64,000 bases of DNA, taken from an uncultured Chryseobacterium sp. Lineage in GTDB: Bacteria > Bacteroidota > Bacteroidia > Flavobacteriales_F > PHOS-HE28. The position numbers were made by a program, and so were the translations under genes. Of the stretch, positions 7,036-14,922 are shown in pieces. The notes below the pieces were generated by a model. That model had not been told where the DNA came from. It ran no database searches and worked only from the letters and a program-made list of their open reading frames with translations. How positions within the stretch are numbered: position 1 is the stretch's first letter; each line of letters starts with the position of its first letter. The DNA lies in the NCBI GenBank assembly GCA_964649165.1, contig CAZYPC010000008.1, positions 9,788-73,787 on the forward strand, read 5' to 3'.

Positions 7036-8703
7036 ATGAGCGACCTCTCCGGCTTCTTCCGTCTGCTCTTCAGCTACGAGGAGGGCCTGCCTCTCACCTT
7101 CACGCAGCGTTTCTTCTGGGGCTTCTTTGTTGTAGTGATGACGGGCTTCGCGCTCGTTCACAAGCAGCGGGTCATGCGCAGTGCATGGCTCTTCCTGGTC
7201 AGTCTGTTCTTCTACTACAAGACGAGCGGGCTCTTCGTGCTCATCCTGCTGTTCTCCACCGTGAGCGACTACAGCATTGCGCTGATGATCCACCGCGCGA
7301 CCGGTCTCACGGCCAAGCGGCTGTGGCTCTCGCTCAGCGTGACCGTGAACCTCGGGCTGCTCTGCTACTTCAAGTACGCGCACTTCCTCACCGAGAACAT
7401 CAACCTTGCGTTCGGGACGCACTTCGTGGAGGTGAACTACTTCGCCCAGTGGTCCAACGGCCTCTTCGGCACCTCGCACATCGTGGACCGCATCCTGCTG
7501 CCCGTGGGCATCAGCTTCTTCACCTTCCAGGCCATCAGCTATGCGGTGGACGTGTACCGCGACCACATCAAGCCGGTGCGCAACATCCTCGATTTCGGTT
7601 TCTTCGTCAGCTTCTTCCCGCAGCTCGTGGCCGGCCCGATCGTGCGCGCGGCGGACTTCATTCCGCAACTGCTCGCGCCCTATCACCTCTCCCGCCGCGA
7701 CTTCGGACTGGCCGTGTTCTGGATCCTGAACGGCTTGGTGAAGAAGGTGGTTATCGGCGACTACATCGCGCTCAACTTCATCGACCGTGTGTTCGATGAT
7801 CCGGTGCGGTACTCGGGCTTCGAATGCGTCATGGCGCTCTTCGCGTATTCGTTGCAGGTGTATGCGGACTTCAGCGGCTACACGGACATAGCCATCGGCG
7901 TGGCGCTCCTCATGGGCTTCAAGCTCGCCACCAATTTCAACAGTCCTTACAAGGCCGCGCACGTTGGTGAATTCTGGAAGCGCTGGCACATGTCGCTCAG
8001 CACCTGGCTGCGCGACTACCTGTACATCCCGCTCGGCGGCAATCGCGGCGCGACGTTCGGGACGTGGGTCTGCCTGGGCATCCTTGTCGTGGTGGCCGTG
8101 CTGCTGAACAAAGCGTTCTGGTTGGTGCCGCTGGTCTTCAGCGTCGTGGCGGCCTGCGTTGTGCTCGTGCGCTACTTCCCCAAGTTCAAGGAGGGTATCA
8201 CCACGAACATCAACCTGATGATGACGATGCTCCTCGGCGGCCTGTGGCACGGTGCCAGTTCGATGTTCATCATCTGGGGCGGACTGAACGGCTTGGCGCT
8301 CGTGTTCTATAAGGGCTGGTACAGGATCAGTCCCTGGAAGGATGACAAGCGCTGGCCCGTGCATGCGCTCGCCGTGGCGCTCACGCTCACCTTCATCACG
8401 TTCACACGCATCTGGTTCCGCAGTCCAACAAAGGATGTCGCGTACAGCATCCTGCACCAGATCGGCAATGCCTTTTCCCTCGGGGTCATCCCGGCGGTGC
8501 TTATCGGCTTCAAGAACGTCTTTCTGTTGATGCTGCTTGGCTATGTGATCCACTGGCTGCCGACGACCTTCAAACAGCAGTACCGTGAACGCTTCGCCGA
8601 TCTGCCGCTCTGGGCGATGGGACTGGTCAGCGTGGGTGTGGTGTTCGTGACCTACCAGTTCGCGGCGGCAGGGAGCGTGCCGTTCATCTATTTCCAGTTC
8701 TGA
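7036..8703 (+). CDS. MBOAT family O-acyltransferase (AlgI/PatA/DltB-like)
   Basis: 555-aa polytopic membrane protein. The motif region WKRWHMSLSTWLRDYLYIPLGGNR and the conserved His in LLGGLWHGAS are typical of MBOAT proteins. Confidence 0.85.
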   Translation: MSDLSGFFRLLFSYEEGLPLTFTQRFFWGFFVVVMTGFALVHKQRVMRSAWLFLVSLFFYYKTSGLFVLILLFSTVSDYSIALMIHRATGLTAKRLWLSLSVTVNLGLLCYFKYAHFLTENINLAFGTHFVEVNYFAQWSNGLFGTSHIVDRILLPVGISFFTFQAISYAVDVYRDHIKPVRNILDFGFFVSFFPQLVAGPIVRAADFIPQLLAPYHLSRRDFGLAVFWILNGLVKKVVIGDYIALNFIDRVFDDPVRYSGFECVMALFAYSLQVYADFSGYTDIAIGVALLMGFKLATNFNSPYKAAHVGEFWKRWHMSLSTWLRDYLYIPLGGNRGATFGTWVCLGILVVVAVLLNKAFWLVPLVFSVVAACVVLVRYFPKFKEGITTNINLMMTMLLGGLWHGASSMFIIWGGLNGLALVFYKGWYRISPWKDDKRWPVHALAVALTLTFITFTRIWFRSPTKDVAYSILHQIGNAFSLGVIPAVLIGFKNVFLLMLLGYVIHWLPTTFKQQYRERFADLPLWAMGLVSVGVVFVTYQFAAAGSVPFIYFQF

Positions 8704-8733
8704 GGAGCGACTGGTGGCTGGCGTACAAGTGTT

Positions 8734-11700
8734 CTACACGGCTCGGAGGCGCTTCCGGCGGCGCCACCAGAAGAAGCCCAGCGCGGCAACGCCGAGGAGC
8801 AAGCCGAGCTTCACCCAGATGCTGCGCATGAGGCTGCCGATCGCGTAGCCTACCCGATATGTATTGGATAGAGACTTGGGTCCAAGATCTACTAGAGTAT
8901 TGCCATAAACCTTTTCAACGTCGAGCATGTATAGGACGGCTGTTGGGGTGACAGGATAACGCTCGAACTCCCTGCGCGTTCGATGATTGGTGAGGACCAT
9001 TCCATTTCCAATGGGAGCGGCATAGCCCTGCTTCTCCAGTGCAATGGTGTTACCAACGACAATGGCGAAGCCATCTTCTGTCAGGCTGGAACGCCGGAGC
9101 AAGGCGCAGTTCTCCGCAGTGGGAATGACCTCATTGTAACGGGTATCACTGACATTGACAGTGTTCCAATAGACATCTTGATTGTCCACGCCATCCTTCC
9201 TCTGAACCAGAAGCGTTCTAACATCACGCACTTCGGCTCCTACGGAAAATACACTCATGGTGTCGGTAAGAATCCAAATCGCACTATCACGCCGACCACC
9301 TTCTGAAAGAATACTCCCAAACCCTTCGCCGAATAGACACCTTCCCCCCTCCTCTCCTTGGCGATGAGAACGGCGATGCGCATTCAACCGGGTCCGTGCA
9401 ACCTTGAGGTATGACCCTTGTTCATTCAGCGTATCTAAGAACGAGGCATTCAGAGCAAGAGCACTGATCTCCTTCAGCGAATACGACTCAGGGAACGACA
9501 CAATACCAGTCGAATCCCAGATGCCAATACCACTCGAGGAGTTGGCATATAGCACGGAGCCATCAGGAGCCAAACAAGCTTCGGTCATCGCCGCCTCGGA
9601 ACGGGGCAGTTCAATCCTCACTTGATTGGTACCATCAATCAGCCAGTAGCTATCGGACCCGTGACGATACTGGAAGCAGGCTTGCTCACCAAGTCCAAAG
9701 ACCAGATCAATTTCCCTGGGATTGAGCACATCACTGTGAAAATCGCAGCTCTGCTTCAGTCTGAAGCTGTCTTCCTGCAGTTCATACAACTTTACTCCTC
9801 GTATTGCCGCTCTCATGCCTCCAGCGCCAAGCACCGATTTCACCTTGCAAAAGACGCGGCCCCGCGATGGGTAAATGGTCAGATTGTCCATCCATTCGCG
9901 GTACCAGCCCGTAACTGCCAAGAGGTTCCGCTCCATTCTTCGCTTTTCAGGAAAGCTCGTGATGCCACCAACTAGCGCCTTGCTCAGCCCCAACCTATCT
10001 ATGCCCCCTGGTCTGGAAAGAAAGTAAGCATCGATTCCATCACCATCGGGCATAGAGCTTACCCGCGCCTTCGCCACTACTGTGTTCGAAAGACCTGGCA
10101 ATGTCTCCTTAATCTGAAGCACGCTGTCAAGGATCAAGAGCCTCGGATCATCCCTTTCCACATCAATCATGCTCAGTACAGAACAAGCTCCACCCAAGAG
10201 CTTCAGTCCATCCTTCCCAATGCTTCCCGAGAAACTCCCGGTGTGATCATGCTTACTGAAGATGATTTCGCTTGAGTTCGCGGAATAGGATTTCTTCTGA
10301 AACACCCTGACGGTCCGAAATCCTACAGGGAAATCCTTCGTTGCGGTGATCTCGTAACCCGTGCTTCCTTCCATTCCAACCAATCTGCCGTATTCAACAC
10401 CATCCATCGTGAATCCCCGATACTCAAGAAGATCCTCCCCTGGGAATACCAGAGCACGGCTCAACCTGGGTGTCCACGCAGACACTGGATCGGGTCGAAC
10501 GGTGCAATACAACTCGCCTTTGGGAACACCACTTCCAAACGAGGCGGACAGAACTCCGAGATCCGCATTCTTAACAGTGTTGCTCTCCCATTCATATACT
10601 CTCATGGAATCGGTCATGAACCGCACGCGCGAGCGTCCGAGTTGGTCATTGAAGCCAAAGAACGGCCTTTGAACTTCCTTGATCCACGCCAACTCCACAT
10701 TACGGGCGGTTCCGGGAACCTGAAGAAGTGTTTTGAAGACGAATCCAGTGTCGGACTGCACTATCTCGAACAGCCCTTCATCGTCATAGAAGCGGAACTC
10801 CCCATCCCAAGCAAGGTAGTCAACAGAGCTAACGGTTTTGACCGACCGCATAGGGTCGGGGCCAAACACATTGGGAATCGGTAGGGCCTCGCGTCGAATG
10901 ATCTTTCCTTGGTCATCGAACTGATAGAATGTAACCGAGGATTCTCCGAGCTCAAACACATGCCTCGTATCCCACAGATGCAATTCACGGACTCCCGATG
11001 AGGTCGAAAAGCTCGTGTCCGAAAGGTCGATTTTGGCGATGGTGCTTCCTGCATCAGACAAAATGAAAATCGCGCTGTCCGCCGTCAAAGTGAAATAGGG
11101 TGACCCTTCATGGGAGTGTCTGAGATCGGAAATTCGTGCTAGGGATCTGAATGGGATTTCGCGGATGACATCCCCGCGTGGTGTCATCAACCTCATTTTT
11201 CTATTCGTGGCTTGGCATACCACTAAACTGTCGGCAATCGCCTTGAGGTTACCGTTGACTACCATCGAGTCGATCGATGCCACCTGCTCAAACGCAGAAT
11301 CAAAGAACTTGACCGTATGGTCTTGTTCATTCCCGACCGCGAAGTACTGCATGGAAATCGGCCAAATCAGCATGTTGCCTTCGTACCGGGCGAGTTCATT
11401 GTACCCCAGGTCGTACGCTCCGGCGAGCGCCTTCACCGTGGTCGCATTCGAGTCCTCAAGGAATGCTTGTCGCGCGAATGCCAACCCCTTGATTGGGTCG
11501 GTTCCCAGCAAATCATCCGATCGCTGTGCCAACTCAAGGCTGTAATTCTTCCGTTGGACTCGATTCAACTCTTTCACTTTTCCGACAGTATACCAACTAG
11601 CCAGAATTCCAAATCCAAGCGCCCCGAAGGTCAGCCAACGTCTTTTACTGCGCCTGTCCCTTGCCTTCCTCTCCTCCTCCCCGAACGCCCCCTCCACAAA

Positions 11701-12909
11701 CCCCCTCACCTCCCCCTTCAAGTGCAACTGGTTCCTGTACGGCCGCAGGTAGGTGAGGTCATTCGCCGTCAGCTTCACCCCGCGCTTCAGGAATTGCCCA
11801 TGGGCCTGCTGCACGAATTGCCGCACCTCGATCAACTCTTGCTCTGCACGTGTGATGCGCTGGAAGATCTGCCGGGCGAGCGCGTCGTGGAGTAGTTCGT
11901 AACGCCCGCGTTCATCGCGTTCCTTCAGCAGGCGTTTGGTCACGAAGACCTGCAGCAGCCGTTCCACATCGGCGAGATCCATCGTGGTGCCGATGGTGTT
12001 CACCCATTCATGCGCTTCAGCAGAAGTCAGTTGCCGCTTGGTGCCTTGGTCACTCACGAACGTCTTCAGCAGTGCTTCGGCGCGTTGGGGTTCTGATGTA
12101 TCGGCGACCTGTTCATCCAGGAAGGCGCCGAGCAGGTCATCGACATGGCCTATCCGCTCCAACAGCGCGGGAGAGAAGGGCTCGTCGCCTTGGCGTGTAC
12201 GCCAGCAACGGTCGAGGAAAACCTGCAGGTAGCTGAGTTCGATGCCGTGACTTTCTGGATCGAGGCGCTCAACCAGGGCAGAGGCGAAGCCCTCGGTGCA
12301 GGTGATGCCATGTGCGCCGCATAGCTGTTGCACCACGTTCATCGCGTGGTGGTGGCTGAGCCGTTCCACGCGGTTGCGGTTCTCGATCAGCCCGGGGATG
12401 ACCCGCTCATAGCGCGTGAGTTCCGCGAGGTATTCCTCGCGCACGATGAAGATGCAGCGGGCATTCCGCTCCCCTTCGACCAGTCGTGCGATCGCCGTGA
12501 AGAAGTCCTCGGCTTCGCTGTGTGTGCCGAAGATGAAAAGCTCCTCGAACTGATCGAAGAGGAACCAGATGGGCTTGAAGTGGTCGAGGTAGAGGTTGGT
12601 GACGAGCTCGGCGAGGTCGCCTGTGCTCTTGGGTGTGAGGGTGTGCTCACGCACGGCCTCGGTGAGCGAGGAGAGCATGTCACCGGAGCGGCGCACGGGC
12701 ACGGGCAGCCAGTCGCTCTCCTGGAAGCGCGAGGCGAGGCCGCATTGCACGAGACTGGTCTTGCCGGTACCTGATCCGCCGTAAACGATGAGGATGTTGG
12801 AGAGGAAGCAGCGGCGGAAGAGCTCATCCGTTTCCTTCTCGCGCCCGAAGTAGGAGCCGATGTCGGCGCGGGTATAGCTGTCGAGGAACTTGAAGGGGGA
12901 GGCGCTCAT
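8734..12909 (-). CDS. STAND-class P-loop NTPase with two predicted TM helices bracketing a ~920-aa beta-rich region
   Basis: 1391 aa. The N-terminus reads FKFLDSYTRADIGSYFGREKETDELF...VYGGSGTGKTS (Walker A, nt 12754..12780). Walker B is IWFLFDQFEELF, the pattern seen in bacterial NACHT/nSTAND-type NTPases. Predicted TM1 is WLTFGALGFGILASWYTVG (about nt 11581..11637). Predicted TM2 is VKLGLLLGVAALGFFWW followed by RRRKRLRAV (about nt 8764..8814). Confidence 0.8.
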   Translation of the reverse strand: MSASPFKFLDSYTRADIGSYFGREKETDELFRRCFLSNILIVYGGSGTGKTSLVQCGLASRFQESDWLPVPVRRSGDMLSSLTEAVREHTLTPKSTGDLAELVTNLYLDHFKPIWFLFDQFEELFIFGTHSEAEDFFTAIARLVEGERNARCIFIVREEYLAELTRYERVIPGLIENRNRVERLSHHHAMNVVQQLCGAHGITCTEGFASALVERLDPESHGIELSYLQVFLDRCWRTRQGDEPFSPALLERIGHVDDLLGAFLDEQVADTSEPQRAEALLKTFVSDQGTKRQLTSAEAHEWVNTIGTTMDLADVERLLQVFVTKRLLKERDERGRYELLHDALARQIFQRITRAEQELIEVRQFVQQAHGQFLKRGVKLTANDLTYLRPYRNQLHLKGEVRGFVEGAFGEEERKARDRRSKRRWLTFGALGFGILASWYTVGKVKELNRVQRKNYSLELAQRSDDLLGTDPIKGLAFARQAFLEDSNATTVKALAGAYDLGYNELARYEGNMLIWPISMQYFAVGNEQDHTVKFFDSAFEQVASIDSMVVNGNLKAIADSLVVCQATNRKMRLMTPRGDVIREIPFRSLARISDLRHSHEGSPYFTLTADSAIFILSDAGSTIAKIDLSDTSFSTSSGVRELHLWDTRHVFELGESSVTFYQFDDQGKIIRREALPIPNVFGPDPMRSVKTVSSVDYLAWDGEFRFYDDEGLFEIVQSDTGFVFKTLLQVPGTARNVELAWIKEVQRPFFGFNDQLGRSRVRFMTDSMRVYEWESNTVKNADLGVLSASFGSGVPKGELYCTVRPDPVSAWTPRLSRALVFPGEDLLEYRGFTMDGVEYGRLVGMEGSTGYEITATKDFPVGFRTVRVFQKKSYSANSSEIIFSKHDHTGSFSGSIGKDGLKLLGGACSVLSMIDVERDDPRLLILDSVLQIKETLPGLSNTVVAKARVSSMPDGDGIDAYFLSRPGGIDRLGLSKALVGGITSFPEKRRMERNLLAVTGWYREWMDNLTIYPSRGRVFCKVKSVLGAGGMRAAIRGVKLYELQEDSFRLKQSCDFHSDVLNPREIDLVFGLGEQACFQYRHGSDSYWLIDGTNQVRIELPRSEAAMTEACLAPDGSVLYANSSSGIGIWDSTGIVSFPESYSLKEISALALNASFLDTLNEQGSYLKVARTRLNAHRRSHRQGEEGGRCLFGEGFGSILSEGGRRDSAIWILTDTMSVFSVGAEVRDVRTLLVQRKDGVDNQDVYWNTVNVSDTRYNEVIPTAENCALLRRSSLTEDGFAIVVGNTIALEKQGYAAPIGNGMVLTNHRTRREFERYPVTPTAVLYMLDVEKVYGNTLVDLGPKSLSNTYRVGYAIGSLMRSIWVKLGLLLGVAALGFFWWRRRKRLRAV

Positions 12910-12926
12910 GATCGCTCAACTGCGAT

Positions 12927-13083
12927 GATCAAAAACAACAATGCGTCCCGGAAGCCCGGCGACGCGCAGCGTCGGGAACCGGGCTGTCCGGGACCTCACC
13001 CGATACTGCGTGGCATCATCGGGTGAGGTCCCGGACAGCCGGGGCCCCGGCCGCCTTGGGGCGGCCGCCCGGCTTCCGGGACG
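12927..13083 (-). terminator. compound hairpin followed by a U-rich tract (terminator or attenuator-like) between two co-oriented genes
   Basis: There is a perfect 23-bp inner stem (12982..13004 with 13018..13040, 13-nt loop). A 13-bp outer stem pairs 12944..12956 with 13071..13083, and a small GC hairpin ggccgcc-ttgg-ggcggcc lies between. On the minus-strand RNA the structure is followed by CAUUGUUGUUUUUGAUC. The ATG of the STAND gene lies 34 nt downstream of the outer stem. Confidence 0.6.
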
Positions 13084-13126
13084 GCTCAGTGGAATTATTG
13101 GCAGTAGCATCATGCAGTAGCCTCGA

Positions 13127-14203
13127 TCAGTTCTGCCCGGGTCCGGTGATCGCCAGCATCATATCGCGGTATTCTTCCAGGAGATCAGCGTAGTTGCCGA
13201 GGGCGCGCAGGTCGCACTTCTCGGTGGCCTCGGTGCCGGCGTACATCAGGTGATCGCCCTTGATCTTGGTGTACAGGAAAATGTCCTTGCGGATCTCCAG
13301 CTTTTCCTTCGCATCGATGGCCTCGCTGTGCGTGTCGATGATGAGCGGCGAGAGGTTGAGGTACTCGTCGATGGCCTTCAGGTTGCGCAGCAGGAGCACG
13401 GCGTGGCTCTCGGTGAAGCGGATGCCGTCCACGTCGCTGGCCTTGAAATCGGAATCGGAGCTGTTGAGCAGGTCGATGCGATGGTGGAAGACGGCGTCCT
13501 TGAAGCGCGGTTTGTGAACCTGGATCTCGCGCACGCTCACGAGCCTGTACTTGCAGAGGAAGGCGAGGGCGGAGAGCAGGTCGCCGAGACGGTCGGTGCA
13601 TTCCACGCAGCGGCGCTCGATCTCCTCCTGGTTGAGGTTGATCTGGTAGTGGCCGATCTCGTTGCGCTCGGGCACCCAGAGGTCGAGGCTCGCGTAGAAC
13701 TTGTTGTTGAGCACCTCCTTCAATTCGGGGAGGAAAAGGTTGACCTCGGGCGCGGCCATCACCTTGCCGAGTTCGCGCACGAGCCAGGTGAGGTTACCGA
13801 GGGTGATCTGCTCGAAGCGCCGCTCGAACTCCTGGATAAAGGCTGGGGAGAGCTGGAGGGTGCCGGCCTTGCGCTCCTTCCACGCTTGGGCGAGCATGAC
13901 GAAGGCGAGGAACTGCAGCGAGCGCTCGATGGTCTTGAAGAGCTGGTCCAGCCGGTGGCGGTCGGCGTTGCGCATGCCGCCGGAGAAGAGGCGCCGCAGC
14001 TCCACGCCGATGGGCCAGGGGAAATTGCGGACGATCTGGTCGGCGAGCAGCCGACGGTCCACCTCCTGACCATCCTCTTCGCCCATGGCCAGCACGGCGG
14101 CAAGGGAGGGCTTGTGCGCGACCATCGCATGGAACACGCGTTCCACGACGGTATCGTTGGCGGTGGTGGGGCGCATTGTGTCGAAGGTAGCATTTCCGCG
14201 CAC
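13127..14203 (-). CDS. hypothetical protein with two RNxxxH (HEPN-type Rx4H) motifs; candidate HEPN-like RNase
   Basis: 358-aa ORF with a GTG at 14203 and an alternative ATG at 14176. I recognise no family. The N-terminal half looks helical and contains RNADRH (nt 13955..13972) and RNEIGH (nt 13649..13666). The C-terminal half appears beta-rich. It sits directly upstream of the STAND NTPase on the same strand. Confidence 0.6.
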   Translation of the reverse strand: MRGNATFDTMRPTTANDTVVERVFHAMVAHKPSLAAVLAMGEEDGQEVDRRLLADQIVRNFPWPIGVELRRLFSGGMRNADRHRLDQLFKTIERSLQFLAFVMLAQAWKERKAGTLQLSPAFIQEFERRFEQITLGNLTWLVRELGKVMAAPEVNLFLPELKEVLNNKFYASLDLWVPERNEIGHYQINLNQEEIERRCVECTDRLGDLLSALAFLCKYRLVSVREIQVHKPRFKDAVFHHRIDLLNSSDSDFKASDVDGIRFTESHAVLLLRNLKAIDEYLNLSPLIIDTHSEAIDAKEKLEIRKDIFLYTKIKGDHLMYAGTEATEKCDLRALGNYADLLEEYRDMMLAITGPGQN

Positions 14204-14232
14204 CGCCGCAAGAGGCAGGGAACAGGGCTATT

Positions 14233-14922
14233 TTGGCGACCATGCCGAAGCAGGAAACATCCCGCAAGCCCGCGCCGTCCGAAGCGGTGGAATGCAGCTT
14301 GATGCTCATCGATGTGAGCGGTTTCACTCAGCTCCTGTACCACTCGAGCTATAAGGAAGAAGTGATGCGCGTGGTCGCTCTGGCCATGAAGCGTTTTTTC
14401 CAGGACGCCGCCGATACCGCGAAGGAGACGCGCGATGTGGAGGTGATCAATACGACCGGTGACGGCTTCATCGCGATCGCCACAGGGGCCACGCCATCAC
14501 GCACAGCGGTACGATTCTGCCAGGGCATCCGTGCGCATTTCGACGAAAAGGTGAAGGCGATGATCCATTCCGTACCGTTCCGCCAACGCGTGGACCTGCG
14601 CATCGCCCTGCACCACGGCACGGTACACCGCATCGCGATCACCGGGCTCACCGCCGGCGATCATCCGGTCTACATCGGCGATGACATCAACCTGATCGCG
14701 CGGGTGATCAACAGCCAGGTCGCCCGGCGGTATGGCATCGCGGTCACGCGCGCCTTCTACCGCCGGCTCACCATGACGAAGGGTGATGCGCCGATGGCCG
14801 ACGAGGTGATCCTGGACCGCAACCGCTATCCCGAGCAGATCGAGATCTACAAGCTGCCCACCGACATTCCGGACATGGCTGTGAAGAAGCGGCCTCATCC
14901 CGACCCGTCGGCGAAGCGCTGA
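14233..14922 (+). CDS. stand-alone class III nucleotidyl cyclase homology domain protein
   Basis: 229-aa ORF with a TTG at 14233 and an ATG at 14242. The cyclase motifs appear in the expected order: LMLIDVSGFTQL (metal Asp), TTGDGFIAI (second Asp), RIALHHGTV, and YIGDDINLIARV (Asn/Arg pair). There is no sensor or TM domain. Confidence 0.75.
   Translation: MATMPKQETSRKPAPSEAVECSLMLIDVSGFTQLLYHSSYKEEVMRVVALAMKRFFQDAADTAKETRDVEVINTTGDGFIAIATGATPSRTAVRFCQGIRAHFDEKVKAMIHSVPFRQRVDLRIALHHGTVHRIAITGLTAGDHPVYIGDDINLIARVINSQVARRYGIAVTRAFYRRLTMTKGDAPMADEVILDRNRYPEQIEIYKLPTDIPDMAVKKRPHPDPSAKR

Noticed and set aside
6865-8553. Long antisense ORFs in the track. Examples are 6865..8553 (-), 14497..16101 (-), 25486..27210 (+), 42550..43629 (-), 51484..53040 (-) and 59020..60474 (-).
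   Set aside because: They lie opposite well-supported genes (MBOAT, rpoN, galE/membrane protein, TetR-TolC, kinase, RND pump). Their low-complexity, Arg/Ala/Gly/His-rich translations are typical of out-of-frame reading in GC-rich DNA.
12916-13113. A 65-aa ORF that fills the gap between the HEPN-motif gene and the STAND gene.
   Set aside because: It is entirely composed of the compound inverted repeat. Its Pro/Arg/Gly-rich translation looks like a by-product of the palindrome.
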